Shown here: positions 28,342 through 42,201 of the stretch, one piece after another
Numbering within the stretch: the first letter of the stretch is position 1
Layout of the letters: every line of letters begins with the position of its first letter
NCBI GenBank assembly: GCA_045545595.1
Contig: JAZQBG010000045.1
Location: 594-64,593, forward strand
Length of the DNA stretch: 64,000 nt
Source of the DNA: Bacilli bacterium
Lineage (GTDB): Bacteria > Bacillota_I > Bacilli_A > RF39 > UBA660
Reading direction: 5' to 3'
Program-made: the position numbers and the translations under genes
The notes under the pieces: generated by a model
Database searches by the model: none
Told to the model about the DNA's origin: nothing
What the model saw: only the letters and a program-made list of their open reading frames with translations

Positions 28342-30451
28342 TTCTAGTCAACACCTTTTTCTTAACAATTTCAAAATCAATTGTTCTTTGTTCTGTAGAT
28401 GCTGCAATAACTTTTACATCAACTTCATCACCAAGCTTGTACATTTTTCCTGTTCTTTTACCAATTAATGTTTCAGTTACTTCATCATAGTTATAATAAT
28501 CATCTTTCATATCTGATATATGGACTAATCCTTCTATCATATTACTTAATTGAACGAACATACCAAAACTCATTATTGAAGAAATCATACCTGTATATTC
28601 TTCTCCAATATGATCTTGCATATATTCAGCCATTTTTAAATCATCTACTTCACGTTCAGCATCAATACTAGCTCTTTCCCTTTCAGAACTATGTTCTGAA
28701 ATATACATAAGCGCTTGATTCCAGTAAGCAATTTCTCTATTGTTCATTTCTCCATGTAATATTTGTTTTAATATAGTATGTAATGTTAAGTCTGGGTATC
28801 TTCTAATTGGTGAAGTAAAGTGTGAATAAATCTTACTAGCAAGTCCATAATGTCCTTTATTTTCTTTTGAATAAATAGCTTTTTTCATACATCTAAGTAA
28901 CTTACTAGAAAGTATTTTGTATTCTTTTTTGTCACTTAATTCTTCTAACATACGTTGTATATGTTTAGGGTGTAAATCTGTTCTTTTACCAGTTAATTTA
29001 TATCCTAGTAAACTAACATATTTTAAGAACTCACTTATTTTTCCTTCTTCAGGATACTCATGGATACGATATATTGATGGTAAATCCATATAGAAAACAT
29101 GAGACGCTACAGTTTCATTTGTAACTATCATAAAGTTTTCAATAATATTTTCACCAACACCACGTTCTCTTACTTTAACATCTATACATTTTCCAGTTTC
29201 ATCAGTTATGATTTTTGCTTCATCTTGATCAAAGTTCAAATATCCTCTATTATTCATGTTTTTTCTAAGAATATCTGAACATTCTAACATCAAACGTAGT
29301 GTATCAACATATTCCTCATAGCCTTCTGGAATAATATTTTCTTCTAAGATTTTATTAACATTTTTATAAGTCATTTGTTTTCTAGATTTAATTACACTTT
29401 CAAATAAGTCATAATTAACCACTTTACCAGTTTTATCAATTTCCATGATACATGATAGTGCAAGTCTATCCACATCAGGATTTAAAGAACAAATCCCATT
29501 AGATAAATAGTGAGGTAACATCGGAATAACAGTGTCAGCTAAATATGAACTTGTTCCTCTATCTCTAGCAGATTTATCTAATTCACTATTATGAGTTACA
29601 TAGTTACTAACATCTGCGATATGTACGCCTAAAAGATAATTACCATTTTCTAATTTTTCCAAACTAATTGCGTCATCAATATCTTTAGTATCATCACCAT
29701 CTATAGTAAATATCATTTTATCTCTTAAGTCATGATCCAGTCTTTTATTTACTTCTTCTTCTGAAACTTCACTAGGAATGTTTTTTAATTCTTCCATAGC
29801 TTCTTCTGGAAAGTCCATAACTATTCCATACTTGTATGCGATTGTTTTGATGTCTATTCTAGGATCATCTTTATGTCCTAAAATTTCTACAAGATTTCCT
29901 CTATAGTAGTTATTTTTAATTTTACTACCTACATTAACTGCAACCTTGTGCCCATTAACAGCTTCTTTGCACTCATCTTTAGGTATTTCTACTATTATGT
30001 TTAATTTATTATCATCTAATTTTACATAACCTTTATTATCTTCATAGTAAAACTCACCCACTAATTGGTTTAGTTCTCTTCTAAGTATTCTTAGAATTTT
30101 TCCTTCTTTTTTAAGTGCGTTTTTATCCATTAGTTCTAGAATAACAACATCACCATTTAATGCACCATTAATGTTTTTCTCATGAACATAAATATCGCCT
30201 TCACTAGTTCTAACAAATCCAAATCCTTTTTTATTTGTTTCAAGTTTTCCTTGAAGTAAATGACAATACGGAAAATACATGAATTTATCTCTTTTAGTTC
30301 TGTACACTGTTCCTTCATTTTCTAAATCATTAAGTGTCTTAATAACTTCTTGAATATCTTCGCTAGTTTTTATTTCTAATCTATCAAGAATATCTGTTAG
30401 TTCGTATGCTGTTTCTTCAGCTTTTAAAATTTCTAATAATTGTTCTTTCAT
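28325..30451 (-). CDS. rnr: ribonuclease R
   Basis: 708 aa. N-terminal HTH/cold-shock domains, RNB catalytic domain, and C-terminal S1 domain (MFVQLSNMIEGLVHISDM). Confidence 0.9.
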   Translation of the reverse strand: MKEQLLEILKAEETAYELTDILDRLEIKTSEDIQEVIKTLNDLENEGTVYRTKRDKFMYFPYCHLLQGKLETNKKGFGFVRTSEGDIYVHEKNINGALNGDVVILELMDKNALKKEGKILRILRRELNQLVGEFYYEDNKGYVKLDDNKLNIIVEIPKDECKEAVNGHKVAVNVGSKIKNNYYRGNLVEILGHKDDPRIDIKTIAYKYGIVMDFPEEAMEELKNIPSEVSEEEVNKRLDHDLRDKMIFTIDGDDTKDIDDAISLEKLENGNYLLGVHIADVSNYVTHNSELDKSARDRGTSSYLADTVIPMLPHYLSNGICSLNPDVDRLALSCIMEIDKTGKVVNYDLFESVIKSRKQMTYKNVNKILEENIIPEGYEEYVDTLRLMLECSDILRKNMNNRGYLNFDQDEAKIITDETGKCIDVKVRERGVGENIIENFMIVTNETVASHVFYMDLPSIYRIHEYPEEGKISEFLKYVSLLGYKLTGKRTDLHPKHIQRMLEELSDKKEYKILSSKLLRCMKKAIYSKENKGHYGLASKIYSHFTSPIRRYPDLTLHTILKQILHGEMNNREIAYWNQALMYISEHSSERERASIDAEREVDDLKMAEYMQDHIGEEYTGMISSIMSFGMFVQLSNMIEGLVHISDMKDDYYNYDEVTETLIGKRTGKMYKLGDEVDVKVIAASTEQRTIDFEIVKKKVLTRNEKNI

Positions 30452-30483
30452 AATCCACCATCACCTTAAATCTATTATAAAAT

Positions 30484-30514
30484 AAAAAAGACTAAATATA
30501 TAGTCTTTTTTTTA
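30484..30514 (-). terminator. rho-independent terminator after secG
   Basis: aaagacta/tagtcttt stem plus T8 run. Confidence 0.6.
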
Positions 30515-30524
30515 GTTTTCTTTA

Positions 30525-30752
30525 TTATTTTATTATTCCACTAGATAAAACAAATGATAATAGTAAGAATGCTACTCCTAATCCAAAAGTAATTCTACTT
30601 ATTAGTAATTCTCCACCACGTTCTTTTCTGTTAGAGAATAAGTCACTACCTCCACCAGAAATAACTCCAGATGCACTTTCTGCCTTACCACTTTGTAATA
30701 ACCCAAGTGCGATTAATAATATTGAGATAACCATTAATAATATTTCCATCAA
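30525..30752 (-). CDS. secG: preprotein translocase subunit SecG
   Basis: 75 aa with two TM helices and a Gly-rich loop. Position between eno and rnr. Confidence 0.75.
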   Translation of the reverse strand: MMEILLMVISILLIALGLLQSGKAESASGVISGGGSDLFSNRKERGGELLISRITFGLGVAFLLLSFVLSSGIIK

Positions 30753-31059
30753 AATCCCTCATTTCACGTAAATATACTTTATCATATTTATTAGAAAAAA
30801 TCAAACATTAACACGCATTATATTAGTATATATTTGTTAAAATTTATAATCATTATAGTAATTTTACTATGTATAATACAAATAAGAGTTGAAATAATGA
30901 TGTAAATATACATTTTTAGTGATGTAATGACATTAATAGATTAAATATATTACCTTTATCAACAGTTGTTGTTGATAGAATTTCCTAAATATTTGCTTTT
31001 CCACAATATTCTGGTGAAAATTAATTTTATAAAAAATATCTTGAACAATATATTTTTTA

Positions 31060-31416
31060 TTATGAACAAGTTGATGAAGATACTAATTCATATGTTACTT
31101 TACTATCTGCAATAGTAACTTTAACTTTATCTGTCAATGCAGTATTATCTCTTGGATCAATAATTGTAGTTCCATCCAAAAACTTATCATCGATATCATT
31201 TATTAGCTTATCAAGAGAAATACATTTTCCTTCATCTTTATGTTTTATATAATATTTACTTGCCGCACCTATTATTTGGTCTTCTAATATTTGATATTGT
31301 TGATTTTTACCCTTTTCGATAAACCTAATACTAGTAGGTACTGCAATAATAGTAATTAGAACCATTATTGTAACTGCAGACAATACTTCTACAAGCGTAA
31401 AACCCTTACTATTCAT
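31060..31416 (-). CDS. type IV pilin-like protein (prepilin-type N-terminal methylation domain)
   Basis: MNSKGFTLVEVLSAVTIMVLITIIAVP class III prepilin signal. 118 aa. Confidence 0.65.
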   Translation of the reverse strand: MNSKGFTLVEVLSAVTIMVLITIIAVPTSIRFIEKGKNQQYQILEDQIIGAASKYYIKHKDEGKCISLDKLINDIDDKFLDGTTIIDPRDNTALTDKVKVTIADSKVTYELVSSSTCS

Positions 31417-31427
31417 AAGACACCTCT

Positions 31428-34011
<2,584 letters not shown>

Positions 34012-34110
34012 TTTACCATCCCCTATTAATATAATTATACTACGAAAACTTTTAATTGTTAACTTTTTGTGCTATAATAGACTAATTTATTTCAAAGGAG
34101 GTGTTTTCTA

Positions 34111-35379
34111 ATGAGATTATACGAGGTGCCAAAAAGTATTTTTGATGAATTTTCTGCAAAAAATAAAATAAGAAATTTCTATCAAACCAGCGAATATGGT
34201 GATTGGATGGAAAAACGTGGATACAAGTGTATGTATTTAGCTTTTATGGATGAAGCACGAACTATTCATGCAGCAACTTTAATTATTTACAAAAACGTTT
34301 TTGGGGATTATAGATACGGGTACGCACCTAGAGGTTTTTTAGTTAACTACAATGATGAAGAACTATTTAAAGAGTTTACTAAACATATAAAAATGTTTTT
34401 AAAAGCTAAGAATTTTGCGTATTTGAAAATTGATCCACCACTTATCTATCGTTCTAGAAATAGAAAAGGTGAAATAATTGAAGGTGGAAAAGACAATACA
34501 CCTTTAATAAATAGAATGAAAGAATTAGGATATATTCATTTAGGATTTAATACTAATTTTGAGGCATTAAAACCTAGGTGGAATGCAGTTATTAAACTAG
34601 ATAAAAACGAGAATGATACATTTAACTCTTTCTCCAAAGATATTAGAAATAAGATTAATAATTCAATGAGAAAGGGATTAGAAGTATACAAAGGTACTGA
34701 AATGGATATTCAAATATTTTACGATTTTATCAAAAAAAATTATGATAGACCTATAAGCTATTATTATGATTATTATGAGATATTTAAAAAAAGAGAGATG
34801 ATTGATTTATATCTTGTTAAACTTGATCCAATTAAATATCTAGAAACATCTAAATATCTTTATGAAAATGAATTAGAAAATAATAATAACATTATAAAAG
34901 ATATGATGACCAAGACAAGAAGAAAAAATCTAATAAGTAAGAAAATGGAATCAGACAAATTATTAAATGTTTATAAAAAAGACGTAGTAAAAGCTACAGA
35001 GTTATCTGCTAAATATCCGGACGGTTTAATAATTGGTGGATCAATGGTTATAAAATACAATAAACAACTACAATTTTTGATGGATGGTATTGATGAAGAA
35101 TATAAATCATTTAATCCAAATCATTTATTAAAATGGACTGTTATAAAAGAATATTTGAATTCTAATTATTATTATATTGATTTAAATGGGATTGTTGGAA
35201 ATTTTGAAAAAGAAAATAATCCTTACTACGGTCTTAACAAATTTAAATTGGGTTTTGATAGTGATGTTATTGAATACATTGGTGAATTTAACCTACCTAT
35301 CAATAATGCAATCTATCACATAGTTCAGCAATCAAAGTTATTTGGATTTACGAACAATATTGGCACAAATAAAAAATAA
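34111..35379 (+). CDS. FemAB-family peptidoglycan aminoacyltransferase (FemX/MurM-like)
   Basis: 422 aa with FemAB-like N-terminal segments (YQTSEYGDWM, GYAPRGF) and a central coiled-coil insertion. Confidence 0.65.
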   Translation: MRLYEVPKSIFDEFSAKNKIRNFYQTSEYGDWMEKRGYKCMYLAFMDEARTIHAATLIIYKNVFGDYRYGYAPRGFLVNYNDEELFKEFTKHIKMFLKAKNFAYLKIDPPLIYRSRNRKGEIIEGGKDNTPLINRMKELGYIHLGFNTNFEALKPRWNAVIKLDKNENDTFNSFSKDIRNKINNSMRKGLEVYKGTEMDIQIFYDFIKKNYDRPISYYYDYYEIFKKREMIDLYLVKLDPIKYLETSKYLYENELENNNNIIKDMMTKTRRKNLISKKMESDKLLNVYKKDVVKATELSAKYPDGLIIGGSMVIKYNKQLQFLMDGIDEEYKSFNPNHLLKWTVIKEYLNSNYYYIDLNGIVGNFEKENNPYYGLNKFKLGFDSDVIEYIGEFNLPINNAIYHIVQQSKLFGFTNNIGTNKK

Positions 35380-35391
35380 ATAGAAACAACT

Positions 35392-36003
35392 CTATTTATT
35401 TTTATTTTTTTGTTCAACTTTTTTTAATTTTTTCTTTTTAGTGTTTTTTTGTGATGTCAATTTAACAATTTTAACGATGTCATATGATATAATCGCTAAA
35501 CATGGTATTAAAACTGCAATTAACCATCCGCCTTTTGAAGCTAGGAAGAATTGTAATCTACCTAATTGTGGTATTCTCATTACAACTTTACCAACAATAT
35601 TTTCTTTGATGGTTAATGCATCATCTTCTACGTTATTAGCATCCCCTCTTGTTCTAAAGATACCTTCTTTAGCATCTATTATTTCTACAATTCTATGTGT
35701 TATAGTTGTACCATAAAATCTACTATCATTAGAGTAGAAGGTAATAACATCTCCAACCTTTAGTTCAGTAGGTTCAGTCCTTTTGGAAACTATAACGTCA
35801 TATACATGAATATTAGGTTCCATACTTCCACTTATTATTACATACGCCCCAAATAGTGGTTTTGCCACACCACCTTTAGATTGTTGTATTTTTACATCCA
35901 CAACATATATTGTAAAAACAAGTCCAATTATAATTAATATTACAAGGCATGAATAGGAAATAATTGTAGATATTATTTTACTTATGTCTTTAAATTTTTT
36001 CAT
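35392..36003 (-). CDS. sipW: signal peptidase I, SipW-type (S26B)
   Basis: Catalytic-region motif VISGSMEPNIHVYDVIV is characteristic of SipW/archaeal-type SPase I. N-terminal TM plus C-terminal TM with K-rich tail. Confidence 0.75.
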   Translation of the reverse strand: MKKFKDISKIISTIISYSCLVILIIIGLVFTIYVVDVKIQQSKGGVAKPLFGAYVIISGSMEPNIHVYDVIVSKRTEPTELKVGDVITFYSNDSRFYGTTITHRIVEIIDAKEGIFRTRGDANNVEDDALTIKENIVGKVVMRIPQLGRLQFFLASKGGWLIAVLIPCLAIISYDIVKIVKLTSQKNTKKKKLKKVEQKNKNK

Positions 36004-36018
36004 ACTCTATTTTCCTTT

Positions 36019-36774
36019 CTAATCGTCATCTCTGTCATGGTCACGATCATCGTCATCGCAATCATGTCTATCGTCGTCATCATCACAATCGATATCTTCA
36101 TATACATTTAATACAATTCTGCCTGCATAAAATTTATTTTGATCTTCGTTTCCGACATTTTTATCAATCCAAAGTCTAAGTGCGTATGAATTCACTTTTG
36201 ATGACCTTAACTTTCCACTTAGTATTGTTTCATTTTTTAAATCAGATACAAATCCTTGTTTAACTATTTTATTATTATCTGTATTTATTAGAGAAAATTT
36301 AACTTTTGTATTGCTTATTCTTGTTTTACCAACAATTTCTTCTACATTATGTAATTCACTATCAGGTACATTTACTAATTTTAGAGTATAGTTAAGTGAA
36401 TATGTACCATTGTTATTTAACTTAAATTTAAAAGGTTTTAAAGTCATCGCCTTTTCATCACTCATTGGAGCGGTATTATATAATCTTATAGTTGTATCTG
36501 TTTGTTCAACTAATTCCAATGACATCTCACCCACTTCAACTTTATGATGGGGGATTTTGTTTTGGTTATATACAGTTGATATAGTAAAAGCGCTAGAAAT
36601 TATCAACATTAATAGTGTTATTGAGTATAATAGCAATAACAATAGCGATTTTTTTGTTTTTTCTTTTTCAACAAAATATTCACTATCAACTCCACATTCT
36701 GGACATTTATAATCTTCTGGTAATTTTCTAAATTCTACTTCGAATTTACAATTTTGACACTGAAAGATCTTCAT
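36019..36774 (-). CDS. membrane protein with N-terminal zinc-ribbon and C-terminal poly-Asp/Cys/His tail
   Basis: CQNCKF...CPECG zinc-ribbon, one TM helix, about 170-aa extracytoplasmic domain. C-terminus DIDCDDDDDRHDCDDDDRDHDRDDD. Confidence 0.5.
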   Translation of the reverse strand: MKIFQCQNCKFEVEFRKLPEDYKCPECGVDSEYFVEKEKTKKSLLLLLLYSITLLMLIISSAFTISTVYNQNKIPHHKVEVGEMSLELVEQTDTTIRLYNTAPMSDEKAMTLKPFKFKLNNNGTYSLNYTLKLVNVPDSELHNVEEIVGKTRISNTKVKFSLINTDNNKIVKQGFVSDLKNETILSGKLRSSKVNSYALRLWIDKNVGNEDQNKFYAGRIVLNVYEDIDCDDDDDRHDCDDDDRDHDRDDD

Positions 36775-36872
36775 GGCAACTCCTCCTATGATAAAATAAT
36801 TATATAATAAAAACTTGCATTATTCAATGCAAGTTTATTATTTTTTTTCGTTTTCAAACTTCAGTGTAAATA

Positions 36873-37463
36873 CTATTGGATAGCATCAACAGTAAGTTTA
36901 GCAGTAATATTTAAACCTTGTAATTGATCTTGTTTAGCACTTGTAGTATCTTCAATCCAAATATATAATGTATAAGTGTCAGTATTTGTACCAACAGGGA
37001 TTGAAATTTTATCAACGTTTATAACCTCATTAGTTAAGTTACCTGATGTAAAATCACCAGTGTTAACTTCACCTTCAGCATCATATAAAGCCCATTTTAC
37101 ATCTGCTAAGCTTCCACCTTCTTTAGTTGTGTCTAAATCGTCTGCAGTTAATCCAGTAGTAGTTAATTTGATATCATATTTACCAGTAGTTATAGTTGTT
37201 CCATCAGTAACAACAGTTAATCCTACTTTTGCGATATCTGCATCTTCATCAGCAGTTTCAGCATCTACCCATGTTGTTGGTTTAATACTAACATTATCAG
37301 CTACTGTTGATGTAGCAGAAACTTTTAATTCACCAGTTTTAACATTTTGTGTTACTGTTCCACCTGTCGCACTGAAATATGCGAATGTAGCACCTACTGT
37401 AGCAACGATTAATACAGCGATAGCAATAACAGTTAATAATACTTTATTTGCATTCCTTTCCAT
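36873..37463 (-). CDS. TasA/CalY (camelysin)-like secreted protein with SipW-cognate signal peptide
   Basis: LLTVIAIAVLIVATVGATFAYFSATGGTVTQNVKTGELKV matches the SipW-cognate signal class (GxTFAYFSD-like) and TasA/CalY N-terminal region. 196 aa, like CalY. Confidence 0.6.
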   Translation of the reverse strand: MERNANKVLLTVIAIAVLIVATVGATFAYFSATGGTVTQNVKTGELKVSATSTVADNVSIKPTTWVDAETADEDADIAKVGLTVVTDGTTITTGKYDIKLTTTGLTADDLDTTKEGGSLADVKWALYDAEGEVNTGDFTSGNLTNEVINVDKISIPVGTNTDTYTLYIWIEDTTSAKQDQLQGLNITAKLTVDAIQ

Positions 37464-37567
37464 TTTCCTTACCTCCTCTACTATTAGATAATATCATATT
37501 TTTTTTTAGAATACAACAATAAAAACAAAAAAATAACAAAATAAAATTTTTGTTACGTAAAACAAAA

Positions 37568-37600
37568 AAATATCGAAGCATAAACTTCGATATTTTATAG
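37568..37600 (-). terminator. rho-independent terminator after tuf
   Basis: atatcgaag/cttcgatat 9-bp stem plus T-run on minus strand. Confidence 0.65.
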
Positions 37601-37604
37601 ACTA

Positions 37605-38789
37605 TTATTCAACGATTTCAGAAACTTTACCAGCACCAACTGTTCTACCACCTTCACGGATTGAGAATTCAGTACCGTTTTCAACAGCGATTGGAGCGAT
37701 AAGTTCAACTGTCATGCTGATGTTGTCACCAGGCATAACCATTTCTACACCTTCTGGTAATGTAATTACACCAGTAACGTCTGTAGTTCTGAAATAGAAT
37801 TGAGGTCTGTAGTTTGAGAAGAATGGAGTATGTCTTCCACCTTCTTCTTTAGAAAGAACATAAACTTCTGCTTTGAATTTTTTGTGTGGATGAACACTTC
37901 CTGGTTTAGCAAGTACTTGCCCACGTTCAACTTCTTCACGAGAAATACCACGTAATAATACACCAGCATTGTCTCCTGCTTCAGCATAGTCTAATTGTTT
38001 TCTAAACATTTCGATACCTGTAACAACTGTTTTTTTAGTATCTTTAAGACCAACGATTTCAACTTCGTCATTTAATTTTAATTGTCCACGTTCTACACGT
38101 CCTGTAACAACTGTTCCACGACCTGTGATTGTAAATACGTCTTCAATTGACATTAAGAATGGTTTGTCAGTATCTCTTTCTGGAGTTGGAATCCATTCGT
38201 CAACTGCAGCCATTAATTCTTCAATTGCTTTTTCGTATTCAGCATCTCCTTCAAGAGCTTTTAAAGCTGAACCACGAATGATTGGAGTATTGTCTCCATC
38301 AAATCCATATTCGCTTAATAATTCACGAATTTCCATTTCTACTAAATCTAGTAATTCTGGATCATCAACTTGGTCACATTTATTCATAAATACAACCATT
38401 CTTGGAACACCAACTTGTCTTGATAATAAGATGTGTTCACGAGTTTGAGCCATAGGTCCATCACTTGCAGCGATAACTAAGATAGCTCCATCCATTTGAG
38501 CTGCACCAGTAATCATGTTTTTTACGTAGTCAGCATGCCCTGGACAGTCAACGTGTGCATAGTGACGAGCTTCTGTTTGGTACTCAACGTGAGAAGTATT
38601 AATTGTAATACCTCTTTCTCTTTCTTCAGGTGCTTTGTCGATATTTGCATAATCTGTAAATTCGGCATTACCTTTAGATGCTAACACTTTAGTAATAGCA
38701 GCTGTTAAAGTTGTTTTACCATGGTCAACGTGTCCGATTGTACCAATGTTAACATGTGTTTTTGAACGATCAAATTTTTGTTTTGCCAT
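37605..38789 (-). CDS. tuf: elongation factor Tu
   Basis: [21 protein letters not shown] motifs. 394 aa. Confidence 0.98.
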   Translation of the reverse strand: MAKQKFDRSKTHVNIGTIGHVDHGKTTLTAAITKVLASKGNAEFTDYANIDKAPEERERGITINTSHVEYQTEARHYAHVDCPGHADYVKNMITGAAQMDGAILVIAASDGPMAQTREHILLSRQVGVPRMVVFMNKCDQVDDPELLDLVEMEIRELLSEYGFDGDNTPIIRGSALKALEGDAEYEKAIEELMAAVDEWIPTPERDTDKPFLMSIEDVFTITGRGTVVTGRVERGQLKLNDEVEIVGLKDTKKTVVTGIEMFRKQLDYAEAGDNAGVLLRGISREEVERGQVLAKPGSVHPHKKFKAEVYVLSKEEGGRHTPFFSNYRPQFYFRTTDVTGVITLPEGVEMVMPGDNISMTVELIAPIAVENGTEFSIREGGRTVGAGKVSEIVE

Positions 38790-38871
38790 TTTAAATTTTC
38801 CTCCTTTTTCATATTTACACTAATATTTTATCAAACCTTGAAAATAATTCAAGTGTTTTTACTTATTTTAA

Positions 38872-40944
38872 TTAGTTTCCACCATTTTTCTTAATGATTT
38901 CTTCACTAATATTTTTAGGTACTTGTTCATAATGATCAAATGTCATTACGAAGTTACCTCTACCTTGTGTATTAGAACGTAAGCTTGTAGCATAACCGAA
39001 CATTTCTGATAGAGGTACCATTGCTGATAACATAATAGCATTTCCTCTAGTTTCTTGTCCTAATGGTTTACCACGTCTTGAAGTAATATCACCCATAACG
39101 TTACCAAAGTATTCATCAGGAGTTGTAACTTCAACTTTCATTATTGGTTCTAATAATACAGGGTTACATTTGTTTTTAGCTTCTTTTAAAGCCATAGATG
39201 CAGCAATTTTGAATGCCATTTCAGATGAGTCAACATCATGGTATGAACCATCAAATAGAGTTGCTTTAACATCTATCATTGGATAACCAGCTAATACACC
39301 AGTTTCTAATGCTTCTTGTAATCCTTTGTCTGTTACTGGAATATATTCACGAGGAACAACTCCACCAACGATTGCATCAACGAATTCATAACCTTTATCT
39401 GTGTTAGGTTCGAATTTAATCCATACGTGTCCGTATTGACCTCTACCACCAGATTGTTTAATGTATTTACCTTCACACTCAGCAGTTTGAGTTAAAGTTT
39501 CACGATAAGCAACTTGTGGTTGACCAATATTAGCTTCTACGTCAAATTCTCTTTTCATTCTGTCTACTAGTACATCAAGGTGAAGTTCACCCATACCAGC
39601 GATAACTGTTTGACCAGTTTCATGATCAGTATGAACTTTGAATGTTGGATCTTCTTCTGCTAATTTTTGTAATGCTATTCCCATTTTTTCTTGGTCAGCT
39701 TTTGATTTTGGTTCAACAGCTAATTGAATAACTGGTTCAGGGAATACCATAGACTCAAGAATAACAGGTTTCTTTTCATCACATAGAGTGTCTCCTGTAG
39801 TAGTATTTTTAAGACCTACAGCAGCTGCGATATCTCCTGTATAAACTTCCGAGATTTCAGTTCTGTTGTTAGCATGCATTTGTAGAATACGTCCAATTCT
39901 TTCTTTAGTGTTTTTAGTTGAATTTAGGATGTATGAACCACTTGTCATTTTTCCTGAATAAACTCTAAAGAATGTTAATCTACCAACATAAGGGTCAGTC
40001 ATAACTTTGAATGCTAATGCACTGAATGGTTCATTGTCAGACGGATGTCTTTCAGCTTCATTACCATTTATATCTGTACATTTAATTGCAGGGATATCTA
40101 ATGGTGATGGCATGTAATCAACAACTGCATCTAACATTGGTTTAACACCTTTGTTTCCTAAAGCAGTTCCACACATTACTGGGAAGAATTCTACAGCAAG
40201 AACACCTTTTCTGATAGCTTTTTTAATCATATCAACAGGTATTTCTTCACCTTCTAGATATTTTTCCATTAATTCATCATCGAATTCAGCAATTGCTTCT
40301 AATAATTCTGCTCTTTTTTCTTCTGCTGTTGCTTTTAAGTCTTCAGGTATTTCTATTTCTTTTGCGATTTCTTCAGGTTTACCATCAAATTCGTAAGCTT
40401 TCATTGTTACTAAATCGATTACCCCACGGAATTCACTTTCAGCACCGATAGGCCATTCGATTGGCTTAGCATTAACTCCAAGTCTACTTTCGATAGTTCC
40501 TAAACTGTATTCAAAGTTTGCACCCATTTTATCCATTTTGTTAATGAATATAATTCTAGGAACTTTAAATTCAGTTGCTTGACGCCATACTGTTTCTGTT
40601 TGAGGTTCAACACCAGCTTGTGCATCAAGAAGTGCAACTGCACCATCTAGCACACGTAAACTACGTGATACTTCAATAGTGAAGTCTACGTGCCCTGGAG
40701 TATCGATGATGTTAAATCTGTGATCTTTCCAGAAAGCAGTAGTTGCTGCTGAAGTGATTGTTATACCACGTTCTTGTTCTTGTGCCATCCAGTCCATTTG
40801 TGCAGCACCATCATGTGTTTCACCAATTTTATGGATTTTACCAGTGTGATATAATACACGTTCAGTAGTAGTAGTTTTACCAGCATCTATATGGGCCATA
40901 ATTCCTAGATTACGTGTTTTTTCTAATGAACTTGTACGAGCCAT
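38872..40944 (-). CDS. fusA: elongation factor G
   Basis: [21 protein letters not shown] motifs. 690 aa. Confidence 0.98.
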   Translation of the reverse strand: MARTSSLEKTRNLGIMAHIDAGKTTTTERVLYHTGKIHKIGETHDGAAQMDWMAQEQERGITITSAATTAFWKDHRFNIIDTPGHVDFTIEVSRSLRVLDGAVALLDAQAGVEPQTETVWRQATEFKVPRIIFINKMDKMGANFEYSLGTIESRLGVNAKPIEWPIGAESEFRGVIDLVTMKAYEFDGKPEEIAKEIEIPEDLKATAEEKRAELLEAIAEFDDELMEKYLEGEEIPVDMIKKAIRKGVLAVEFFPVMCGTALGNKGVKPMLDAVVDYMPSPLDIPAIKCTDINGNEAERHPSDNEPFSALAFKVMTDPYVGRLTFFRVYSGKMTSGSYILNSTKNTKERIGRILQMHANNRTEISEVYTGDIAAAVGLKNTTTGDTLCDEKKPVILESMVFPEPVIQLAVEPKSKADQEKMGIALQKLAEEDPTFKVHTDHETGQTVIAGMGELHLDVLVDRMKREFDVEANIGQPQVAYRETLTQTAECEGKYIKQSGGRGQYGHVWIKFEPNTDKGYEFVDAIVGGVVPREYIPVTDKGLQEALETGVLAGYPMIDVKATLFDGSYHDVDSSEMAFKIAASMALKEAKNKCNPVLLEPIMKVEVTTPDEYFGNVMGDITSRRGKPLGQETRGNAIMLSAMVPLSEMFGYATSLRSNTQGRGNFVMTFDHYEQVPKNISEEIIKKNGGN

Positions 40945-40973
40945 AATTCTTGTTTTCCTTTCCTAATATTTTA

Positions 40974-41441
40974 TTACCAACGGTAGTGAGCAAATGCTTT
41001 ATTTGCTTCTGCCATTTTGTGAGTATCTTCACGTTTTTTAACTGCTGCACCTACTCCGTTTGATGCATCAATTATTTCGTTTGCTAGATTTTCAGCCATA
41101 CCTTTACCATGTCTTAATCTAGCGTATTGTGTTAACCATCTGAATGCTAATGCTTGACTTCTGTCAGGTTTAACTTCAATTGGTACTTGATAGTTTGAAC
41201 CACCTACACGTCTTGATTTAACTTCAAGTTGTGGTTTGATGTTTTCCATAGCACGTTCAAAAACTGTCATAGCATCTTCATTTGTTTTTTCTTTAATCAT
41301 ATCAAATGCATCGTAAACAATTCTTTGAGCAGTACCTTTTTTACCATCGTTCATTACTTGGTTAATTAACTTTGTAACGATTTTAGAGTTATATATTGAA
41401 TCTGGTAATACATCTCTTTTAACTGCGGCTCTTTTACGCAT
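40974..41441 (-). CDS. rpsG: 30S ribosomal protein S7
   Basis: Full-length S7 (155 aa) ending HYRW. Confidence 0.95.
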   Translation of the reverse strand: MRKRAAVKRDVLPDSIYNSKIVTKLINQVMNDGKKGTAQRIVYDAFDMIKEKTNEDAMTVFERAMENIKPQLEVKSRRVGGSNYQVPIEVKPDRSQALAFRWLTQYARLRHGKGMAENLANEIIDASNGVGAAVKKREDTHKMAEANKAFAHYRW

Positions 41442-41486
41442 ATTTATCCTCCTCTCGAATTCGAATATTATTTATTTTAGTTTTAA

Positions 41487-41900
41487 TTAATTTTTAGGTT
41501 TTTTTGCACCGTATTTACTACGACCTTGTGCACGGTTTTGAACTCCTTGAGTATCCATTGTTCCACGGATAATGTGATAACGAACCCCGATTAAGTCTTT
41601 AACACGTCCACCACGAATTAATACAGCACTGTGTTCTTGTAAGTTATGTCCGATTCCTGGAATATAAGCTGTAACTTCATATCCATTACTTAAACGTACA
41701 CGGGCATATTTACGTAATGCTGAGTTTGGTTTCTTAGGTGTCATTGTTCCAACACGAGTACATACTCCACGTTTTTGTGGTGAATTAGTTTTAGTTGTTT
41801 TTCTTTTTATAGTATCTAGACGAATTCCAAGTACTGGAGATTTACTTTTTCTAGTTTTTTTACTTCTGTTTTTTCTTACTAATTGATTAATTGTAGGCAT
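41487..41900 (-). CDS. rpsL: 30S ribosomal protein S12
   Basis: [10 protein letters not shown] canonical S12 start at internal ATG 41900. The ORF track's extension to 41930 is unlikely. Confidence 0.95.
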   Translation of the reverse strand: MPTINQLVRKNRSKKTRKSKSPVLGIRLDTIKRKTTKTNSPQKRGVCTRVGTMTPKKPNSALRKYARVRLSNGYEVTAYIPGIGHNLQEHSAVLIRGGRVKDLIGVRYHIIRGTMDTQGVQNRAQGRSKYGAKKPKN

Positions 41901-42100
41901 TGTAATTCTTCCTCCTTTCTTTGCACACATCCTGGTGTATCAAACACCCTATAAATATAAGTTCTATCCATCAGGATAAAACCTATAAAATTTATGCATA
42001 ATTACTATAACACTTTATTGTATGCATGTCAATTAAATTTAGACATTTTTGCCAATATATTAAGATTTAAAATATTTTAATATAATTTAACTATAAATCA

Positions 42101-42129
42101 TTGTGACACAAACAATTGTTTGTTATAAT
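42101..42129 (+). promoter_or_regulatory. sigma-A-type promoter of small-peptide locus 2
   Basis: TTGTGA -35, 17-nt spacer, extended -10 TGTTATAAT. The ttgtttgttataat block is shared with the promoter at 18083-18111. Confidence 0.4.
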
Positions 42130-42201
42130 GGTATTGGGTACATTTGAAATAAGATGCTTTCTCTTTCTTGATTTTAGAATCAATGAAAGGTGGTGATAAT
42201 T

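Noticed and set aside
30955-30980. Hairpin tatcaaca/tgttgata downstream of the pilin-like gene 31060..31416
   Set aside because: Perfect 8-bp stem but no convincing T-run on the relevant strand. Not reported as a terminator.
37766-37987. 73-aa minus-strand ORF inside tuf
   Set aside because: Alternative frame within the highly conserved EF-Tu coding sequence. The same applies to other short embedded or antisense ORFs (1053..1286, 1670..1969, 2072..2359, 4311..4616, 5251..5505, 11224..11746, 13176..13385, 19852..20142, 21800..22051, 22799..23044, 23384..23569, 25599..25844, 26066..26251, 28259..28671, 32008..32277, 35441..35716, 36976..37491, 38125..38684, 40151..40396, 42756..43109, 43642..43851, 44889..45119, 46778..47137, 50410..50625, 51154..51510, 53238..53459, 53669..54043, 58315..58742, 59308..59535, 62499..62684).
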